This document shows, piece after piece, positions 57,435-62,411 of a stretch of 62,411 nt of DNA (position 1 is its first letter; the number at the start of each line of letters is the position of its first letter). The translations under genes and the position numbers were made by a program. The notes beneath the pieces were generated by a model, which did no database searches, was not told the origin of the DNA, and worked only from the letters and a program-made list of their open reading frames with translations. The DNA comes from a virus, in IMG/VR virus record IMGVR_UViG_3300024239_000003, positions 1-62,411 of that record. The stretch is one strand, 5' to 3'.

Positions 57435-57451
57435 GGGCGCGCATGGCGCCC
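57435..57451 (-). other. Intercistronic hairpin GGGCGC-GCATG-GCGCCC
   Basis: Between stop 57460 and start 57413. Confidence 0.6.
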
Positions 57452-57459
57452 GGTGGTGG

Positions 57460-57660
57460 TCAGTGCTTGGTGATGCCGCCCATGTCCACCGCGACCAGAA
57501 TGGCGCGGCCTTCGCCAATCGAGGCGGCGCAGTCGTTCGCCATCTCCTGCATTGTGGCAATCGCCTGCCTGAGTTCATCGACGCCGCTGCAATGGCAGTT
57601 GGCGATGTAGGTCTCGATCAGTCGCTGCGCGAGCGTCCTGCGCTGCTGTTCAGTCAGCAT
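57460..57660 (-). CDS. Hypothetical early protein (66 aa)
   Basis: ATG after GAGGAAAGGAAC. Confidence 0.65.
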   Translation of the reverse strand: MLTEQQRRTLAQRLIETYIANCHCSGVDELRQAIATMQEMANDCAASIGEGRAILVAVDMGGITKH

Positions 57661-57677
57661 GTTCCTTTCCTCGGTGA

Positions 57678-57696
57678 GGGCGCCGCCAGGGCGCCC
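57678..57696 (-). other. Intercistronic hairpin GGGCGCC-GCCAG-GGCGCCC
   Basis: Between stop 57710 and start 57660. Confidence 0.6.
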
Positions 57697-57709
57697 GGTA
57701 GGTTGATGA

Positions 57710-58837
57710 TCAGATGTGGCAGTCGTAGACGGACAGCAGGGTATCGTCGGGCAGGCCTTCCACCAGCTTGCCGAACTCCTCGATCCATGCGCCCTGGTCT
57801 TTCTCGTCGGACACGCAGCCCCACCAGCCCATGCTGCCGCGCTCGTACCACTTGCCGTCCTTCACCACGGCGAAGGTCATGCTGGAGCGGATGCCCTGGT
57901 GGCGGATGTAGGTGGCGCGGTCGCCGGCGTAGTCCTCTGCATTCTCCCAGGTGTATTTCTCGCATTCGCGCAGGGCCTTGACTGCCGGCTGTTCGCGGTA
58001 GGCCTCGCGTGCCGCCTCGATGCCGCCGGGCAGCTCAGGCTCCGCGCCGTCCTCGCGCCAATACTGGCCGCGCACCTCGGCCCAGGACTGGACAGGCAGG
58101 TGCGGCTCGATGATCGCGCGGATAGCGTCGAACTTCTCGGCGGCCTTGGCCTCCGCCTCGGCGCGCATGCCCTCGAAGTCGATGTCCATCTTGAAGGCGC
58201 TGTCGGCATAGCCTTCCTTCGCCGGGCTGGTCATCAGGCCAGGGCGCCCCTGGATGCCGCGCACATGCGGTTTCATCTTGAAGAAGCCTGTCCAGCGCCC
58301 GCCCAGGACGTGCCAGTCCCATTTCTTGTTGGGGTTGGTGCGGTCGATGACTTCCAGAACCTCGCCGGCCGCGTCAACGCGAACCCAGCCCCATTTCTGC
58401 GCGCCTTCCAGATCAGGCTTCACGTTCTCGCCGATGGGCTCGCTTTCGCTGTCCTCGGTGACGTACTCCAAGAACGTCATCAGCTCGCGCACGGGAACTT
58501 CGATTTCCTCATAGCCCTCCGGCAACTGGAAGGTTCTGCGAGCGCCGCCAAGGGGGTCCTTCTCGCCCGTCTCCACGTAGAACATGCTCGCGTAGCGGCT
58601 GACGAGTGTTCCATGCGCAGGATGGCTTACCAGATCGCGTGTGCCATCCGGTACAACCACGCCGGCAGGAACCTTGACCATGTTGCGCGTGTCGCTCTCG
58701 TAGTCCTCGCGCTTCTCGGCGGTCAGGTCGATGCTCTGCACGAACTCATCGACCACGCCGGTGCATTCGAACTCGTGATACGGCGCGAGCTGCCTTTCCG
58801 GGTCCTGTCCGATTACCAGTACGGTGAAGTGACTCAT
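57710..58837 (-). CDS. Hypothetical early protein (375 aa)
   Basis: MSHFTVLVIGQDPERQLAPYHEFE...NKKWDWHVLGGRWTGFF... Well-formed ORF. I do not recognise a function. Confidence 0.8.
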   Translation of the reverse strand: MSHFTVLVIGQDPERQLAPYHEFECTGVVDEFVQSIDLTAEKREDYESDTRNMVKVPAGVVVPDGTRDLVSHPAHGTLVSRYASMFYVETGEKDPLGGARRTFQLPEGYEEIEVPVRELMTFLEYVTEDSESEPIGENVKPDLEGAQKWGWVRVDAAGEVLEVIDRTNPNKKWDWHVLGGRWTGFFKMKPHVRGIQGRPGLMTSPAKEGYADSAFKMDIDFEGMRAEAEAKAAEKFDAIRAIIEPHLPVQSWAEVRGQYWREDGAEPELPGGIEAAREAYREQPAVKALRECEKYTWENAEDYAGDRATYIRHQGIRSSMTFAVVKDGKWYERGSMGWWGCVSDEKDQGAWIEEFGKLVEGLPDDTLLSVYDCHI

Positions 58838-58875
58838 GGGGCTTTGCCTCTTTGGTTATTGGGCCTTGCGGCCGG

Positions 58876-59178
58876 TTATTCGTCGGGCTGGTTGTGGTAG
58901 TCCACGTAAGCCAGCAGCAGGATGTCGTGGATCGCGCGCCAGAACTCTTTGCTGATGGTCATTCCTGCGGCCCCGCCATCAATCCAGCCGCGCTCACGCC
59001 AGTCGCTGAGAATCTGGCGCTCCTCGTCGTTGATCTTTCGCGGGTCGATGCGCTGTTCGTTCAACATCACGTACTGCGCGTAGGGCATCAGGCGCAGCTC
59101 GACCTGGGTGATTTCCTTGCCAAGCAGCTCGCGCGCCTTGTCGGCTACGGCCTGGGTCAGTTGTCCGCGTTTAGCCAT
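58876..59178 (-). CDS. Hypothetical early protein (100 aa)
   Basis: ATG after GAGAGGGAATCCCC. Confidence 0.75.
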   Translation of the reverse strand: MAKRGQLTQAVADKARELLGKEITQVELRLMPYAQYVMLNEQRIDPRKINDEERQILSDWRERGWIDGGAAGMTISKEFWRAIHDILLLAYVDYHNQPDE

Positions 59179-59220
59179 GGGGATTCCCTCTCGTTATTGG
59201 GCCTTTGGGCCATGGAGAAA

Positions 59221-59238
59221 CCGGCCCCGAAGGGCCGG
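59221..59238 (-). terminator. Intercistronic hairpin CCGGCCC-TTCG-GGGCCGG followed by TTTCTC (minus-strand sense)
   Basis: Strongest hairpin of the series, with a UUCG tetraloop and a short U-tract. It could attenuate transcription or stabilise the transcript. Confidence 0.5.
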
Positions 59239-59256
59239 CGCTCGGTCGGTGGTTGA

Positions 59257-59649
59257 TCAGTGAGCGGTTTCCGAGGCCGGAGCTTCGGCCGGCTCCTCGT
59301 CGGTGCCGTGGCGCTCCATGGCTCCACTCGCCACAAGCATGACGCCTTCCAAATGGCGCCGCGATGCGGAGATGAGCATCAGCATCTCCGGCGGTGTATG
59401 CTCCATCGAGGGGAAGTGGTGGCTGCATGCTGCGCCGGTGTCGCCGTTGGCCTGTTGGGTATGCGTAATGACGGCGAAGAACGGGAGCCCGTGGCGCCGA
59501 CAGGCTTGGTGAAGTGCGAGCACCAGCGGCTCGATGTGTTCCTCGTACTCCGCCTTACGGTCGAAGGCGGCGGGCTTGCTTTCGATCCACTGCTCAAGGT
59601 TGAAACCTTCGCTTTCCTCGCGTTCGACTTCGGTAACTTTCTCGTTCAT
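59257..59649 (-). CDS. Hypothetical early protein (130 aa)
   Basis: ATG 59649 after GAAGGAAAG. Begins MNEKVTEVEREESEGFNLEQWIESKPAAFD... Confidence 0.7.
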   Translation of the reverse strand: MNEKVTEVEREESEGFNLEQWIESKPAAFDRKAEYEEHIEPLVLALHQACRRHGLPFFAVITHTQQANGDTGAACSHHFPSMEHTPPEMLMLISASRRHLEGVMLVASGAMERHGTDEEPAEAPASETAH

Positions 59650-59718
59650 CGGTAGCTTTCCTTCTTGGTTGGGTGCCGTCCATGCCGGGCCGGCTTCGGT
59701 TCTGGCCATGCGGCCGGA

Positions 59719-59892
59719 TCAGTTGTCGTAGGTGACGCACTCGACGCCTTCGCCGAATGCGCTGTAGTTGGGCTTCTCGTCCGCTGCGATGGTCAGGCAG
59801 ATGCGCAGCGCGTCGTGTTCGTCGGAGACGATAGGCGTTGCGGCCTCGCAGCTCGTGGCGGTCAGCCACCACACCAGCAGGGCGACGGTCAC
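59719..59892 (-). CDS. Small putative lipoprotein (57 aa; below the ORF-track cutoff in this frame)
   Basis: GTG overlaps the upstream stop (GTGA). VTVALLVWWLTATSCEAATPIV... has a lipobox-like ATSC. Confidence 0.45.
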   Translation of the reverse strand: MTVALLVWWLTATSCEAATPIVSDEHDALRICLTIAADEKPNYSAFGEGVECVTYDN

Positions 59893-59996
59893 AGCGGCAT
59901 CCCTCCCAGGTTCGCGGCGATGATCTCCAGCACCACGAAGGCGGCCAGGAGGGTCAGGGCGAGGCCGGCGACGGCCAGTTTCAGAAAGGGAGACAT
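59889..59996 (-). CDS. 35-aa hydrophobic peptide
   Basis: MSPFLKLAVAGLALTLLAAFVVLEIIAANLGGMPL, a single TM helix. Confidence 0.4.
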   Translation of the reverse strand: MSPFLKLAVAGLALTLLAAFVVLEIIAANLGGMPL

Positions 59997-60223
59997 TCGT
60001 TGAACGCCTTCGGCCAGGGAGTTTTGGCGGAGCAGTGGCCGGCGGCATTCCGCTCCAGCGTGAACAGCCGAGTGCTCTCCTCGTGGGTGAGCAGTCCGCT
60101 TTGCAGGGCGAAGTGGCGAGCGCCCTGGGCGTATCCGCGTGCGGTCTCGATGCTCTCGGGGTTGCCAGGGTCGCGCAGCCGGCAGAGCGCTTCGAGGATG
60201 AGTTTGCGCTGATACTTGTTCAT
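59981..60223 (-). CDS. Hypothetical early protein (80 aa)
   Basis: MNKYQRKLILEALCRLRDPGNPESIETARGYAQG... Confidence 0.65.
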   Translation of the reverse strand: MNKYQRKLILEALCRLRDPGNPESIETARGYAQGARHFALQSGLLTHEESTRLFTLERNAAGHCSAKTPWPKAFNECLPF

Positions 60224-60226
60224 GGA

Positions 60227-60424
60227 TCACCCCAGGAGGTAGACGGCGCGCGGCGCCGGGTTCTTGGCGATGTAGGCCGAGGCCTTCGCGCGGATGCGCT
60301 CCAGCTCCAGCGTCTGGCGCTCCAGCTCGGCGGCCTGGATCATGTCGGCGTCGTGCAGGGTGATGCGCGGCGCGGAGTACAGAGCGCGGTTCAGGCGCTC
60401 GCGGTAAGTCGGGAAGCGTTTCAT
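60227..60424 (-). CDS. Hypothetical early protein (65 aa)
   Basis: ATG 60424 after GAGGA is preferred to the tracked TTG at 60436. Confidence 0.6.
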   Translation of the reverse strand: MKRFPTYRERLNRALYSAPRITLHDADMIQAAELERQTLELERIRAKASAYIAKNPAPRAVYLLG

Positions 60425-60432
60425 GGTGATCC

Positions 60433-60720
60433 TCAAGCCGCGAAGCGCGGAAGGAAGCAGTCAGTGAGCTGGCCGGTGGTGCGGTCCATGTAGAGGCGGA
60501 TGCCGAACACATCGTGCGCGAAATTCGCGTCGTCGGCGTCCAGCAGCGCCTGGAACTTCAGCGGGCAGCCGTTCGCGTTGCAGGCGATAAGGTCCATCAG
60601 CAGGGACGTGCGGTCGATTTCCTGGCCGTACTTGCGCGCCATGCTCTCGGCACGCTCGACGATCAGTTGCGCGGTTTCCAGCTCGGTATCGGTGGCGGTG
60701 AAGCTGATTTCTCGGGTCAT
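60433..60720 (-). CDS. Hypothetical early protein (95 aa)
   Basis: MTREISFTATDTELETAQLIVERAESMARKYGQEIDR... Confidence 0.7.
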   Translation of the reverse strand: MTREISFTATDTELETAQLIVERAESMARKYGQEIDRTSLLMDLIACNANGCPLKFQALLDADDANFAHDVFGIRLYMDRTTGQLTDCFLPRFAA

Positions 60721-60763
60721 GGCGGGTTGATCCTCGCTCGTTGGTCATTGGCTGGCGTGTCGA

Positions 60764-61495
60764 TCACACCAGCGCCTTGTGGTCCGGCTCGAAGGCAATG
60801 AAATCGAGCCGACCGCGCTCAACAGGGTTGAAGGCAAAGAGAACCCCGCTGTCGAAACTGATCGGAATATCCAACCGATGGATTGCGCGCTTCGATCCCT
60901 TTTCACGGACCTCTACAACCATTCGGCATGCCGAGTGGCGGCGGGTCACAACGATGTCATGCGTCTCCTCGCGGAACTGGAGCATGGCCGGGGTCAGTCT
61001 TCGTGAGATTGCCTCATCGCGTCGTGCGGCGGCGCGCTTTTGATGACGGGCGACGCTCTCCATGAATTGCGGTGGGATGACGCCCTTCTTGTAGTTCTGG
61101 CGTTGAGTTTCGAGGGCATCCTCAATGCTCATGCCGTTTTTCATTCGGTAGCGAACGCTTTGCAGGCTAACCTTTCCGAAGCGCGACACCAGCTCAGGCA
61201 GAGTGCCGGTTACGCCAAACGCCGTGTATTTTTTGGCTTTATGGCGGCTACCAATGCAGGGTTTCGGAAAGAGTTCAGACTGAGGCTTGCCCCGGCGAGA
61301 CTCATGGAGCCTTGCAAGCTGTTCCTGCCTTGCGAGGCAACGGTGAGGATTCGGCCATTCGATATCGTTGACCCCCAGGCTCTCCAGTAAGCTCTTGAGC
61401 TGATACGAGTAGTCGAATCCGACAAGCTGTGCGGTGCGATTGAAGCTGTGGCCGCGACGCGCACAATCGCGGATGAAATCCAGATCGGTGCTCAT
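60764..61495 (-). CDS. Hypothetical protein in a lower-GC island (243 aa)
   Basis: ATG 61495 after GGGAGAAACCTTC. Codon usage is visibly more A/T-rich than in neighbouring genes. Confidence 0.7.
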   Translation of the reverse strand: MSTDLDFIRDCARRGHSFNRTAQLVGFDYSYQLKSLLESLGVNDIEWPNPHRCLARQEQLARLHESRRGKPQSELFPKPCIGSRHKAKKYTAFGVTGTLPELVSRFGKVSLQSVRYRMKNGMSIEDALETQRQNYKKGVIPPQFMESVARHQKRAAARRDEAISRRLTPAMLQFREETHDIVVTRRHSACRMVVEVREKGSKRAIHRLDIPISFDSGVLFAFNPVERGRLDFIAFEPDHKALV

Positions 61496-61553
61496 GAAGG
61501 TTTCTCCCTGGTCGTGCTCTCGACAGCGCACCGCTCTGGATGCGCTCTCGGGA

Positions 61554-61572
61554 GGCCCGGCTTCCGGCCGGG
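61554..61572 (-). other. Intercistronic hairpin GCCCGGC-TTCCG-GCCGGGC
   Basis: Between stop 61580 and start 61495. Confidence 0.55.
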
Positions 61573-61579
61573 CGGCGGG

Positions 61580-61675
61580 TTAAGAGTTCAGCCACTCCTC
61601 GAAGGTCTTCACCGTCCAGCCGAGGTCGGTGGCGCAGCGGACGTAGATTTCGTAGCGGTCACGAAGGCTTTGCAT
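61580..61675 (-). CDS. 31-aa protein
   Basis: Strong SD AAGGAGA lies 8 nt before ATG 61675. MQSLRDRYEIYVRCATDLGWTVKTFEEWLNS. The longer tracked ORF upstream reads as off-frame text. Confidence 0.55.
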   Translation of the reverse strand: MQSLRDRYEIYVRCATDLGWTVKTFEEWLNS

Positions 61676-61697
61676 GTTGGTGTCTCCTTTGGTGATG

Positions 61698-61713
61698 CCC
61701 CGGCGTACCGGGG
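61698..61713 (-). other. Intercistronic hairpin CCCCGG-CGTA-CCGGGG
   Basis: Between stop 61722 and start 61675. Confidence 0.55.
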
Positions 61714-61721
61714 CGGGTTGA

Positions 61722-61886
61722 TTAGCGGCCGTGATGTTCGCGGATGCATTTCGCCTCGTCATGCATCGCGCGAATTTGCTTCGCCCACGGGTGGCCGGCA
61801 AAGCTGAAGCCGTGCCATCTGTTCGAAAGCATGTCGCGAAGCATCCAAGCGCGTTTGTTTTGAAGCCTTGCCAGTGCTGCGTTCAT
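61722..61886 (-). CDS. 54-aa protein
   Basis: ATG 61886 after GGGAGGG. MNAALARLQNKRAWMLRDMLSNRWHGFSFAGHPWAKQIRAMHDEAKCIREHHGR. Confidence 0.55.
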   Translation of the reverse strand: MNAALARLQNKRAWMLRDMLSNRWHGFSFAGHPWAKQIRAMHDEAKCIREHHGR

Positions 61887-61902
61887 CGTCTTGCCCTCCC
61901 GG

Positions 61903-62411
61903 TCAGAAGTTGTAGTCGTAGAACCGGCGCGGCTTGGCCTCGCGGCGGAACTTGCTGCCCTGGTGGTAGAAGCACCCATCCTTGCGCAGGTGCAGGCGGA
62001 TGACCGGGGCGCTCTCGTCGCTGGTGATGATCCAGCGCTGTTCATGCTGGTTGGTGCAGTGGGCAGCGAAGCCGCCAGGGATCATCTCGGGCTTCCAAGT
62101 CGGGTCGCGCTCGGCCTTCATCGCGCGCACCTCGATGATCTTGTCGGAGACTTCCCGCACGATTTCGTAGGGATGCACGTCGCTGTAGCCGATGTGGTTG
62201 GCGAACTTCCCAACGGCGCTGTTCAGGGTGTCGGCGATCCAACGAAGGGTGGACGGCAGCACGTTCAGCACGTCGGCCAGCTCGCTGGCATTGGCGGTCA
62301 GGTCCTCGGCGAAGGGTACGCAGTTGAAGTCTTTGGCCATGCGGACGATGTGGCGCTCTGCGGCGCGGCGGCCTTCCGCCTTCTCGATGGCGATGATTTC
62401 CCTGGCGGCCT
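61903..62411 (-). CDS. Hypothetical early protein, first gene of the early operon (5' end continues at 1..149)
   Basis: The ORF track starts it at ATG 62340, but the frame stays open to the window edge. Through the 127-nt overlap it reaches ATG at position 149, giving 176 aa. Confidence 0.75.
   Translation of the reverse strand, partial: AAREIIAIEKAEGRRAAERHIVRMAKDFNCVPFAEDLTANASELADVLNVLPSTLRWIADTLNSAVGKFANHIGYSDVHPYEIVREVSDKIIEVRAMKAERDPTWKPEMIPGGFAAHCTNQHEQRWIITSDESAPVIRLHLRKDGCFYHQGSKFRREAKPRRFYDYNF
62285..62411. repeat. Terminal overlap, copy 2 (identical to 1..127)
   Basis: Exact 127-nt duplicate of the window start. Confidence 0.97.

Overview
The window is a complete, circularly closed phage genome. 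Bases 1-127 recur exactly at 62285-62411, so the unique length is 62,284 bp. It is GC-rich and looks temperate. From memory of the published description (no search was run), its layout matches the Bcep22-like podoviruses: circular or permuted genome, tandem tail-fibre genes, and one giant multidomain virion protein. Going clockwise: (i) an AT-rich early promoter/operator, then about 1.1 kb with no credible ORF that holds two tRNA-shaped elements with greatly enlarged anticodon loops and a duplicated hairpin module; (ii) plus-strand packaging and morphogenesis genes: terS, terL, portal, scaffold, a CsrA-like 61-aa gene, major capsid, adaptor and tail genes, two tail fibres with a shared N-terminus, a fibre chaperone, a GNAT and internal virion proteins; (iii) a 14,340-nt ORF (4779 aa, about 23% of the genome) with, in order, a lytic transglycosylase, ParB-like domain, N6-adenine methyltransferase, SNF2/DEAH helicase, ART-like domain, HExxH peptidase and PLxRFG C-terminus; (iv) a lysis cassette with Rz1 embedded in Rz; (v) an HNH endonuclease, P4-type tyrosine integrase and convergent AlpA-like Xis; (vi) a minus-strand operon with ERF, an exonuclease, an MmcB-like nuclease, a release-factor-like protein and DUF1643; (vii) a divergent CI-like/Cro-like switch; (viii) a plus-strand replication module with RdgC, an O-like initiator carrying internal iterons, a DnaC-like loader and two oxygenase-like genes; (ix) a minus-strand operon of small early genes separated by GC hairpins, which runs across the circular junction. 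The observations most worth following up are the ORF-free tRNA-like/GGA-rich RNA locus (possibly linked to the CsrA-like gene), a complete +1-frame gene with its own SD nested in the giant ORF, a release-factor domain without GGQ, and three families of recurring regulatory or RNA-structure motifs. All functions come from motif recognition by eye, and many start codons were re-picked from SD and codon-bias context. No database search, RNA folding or statistics could be run.
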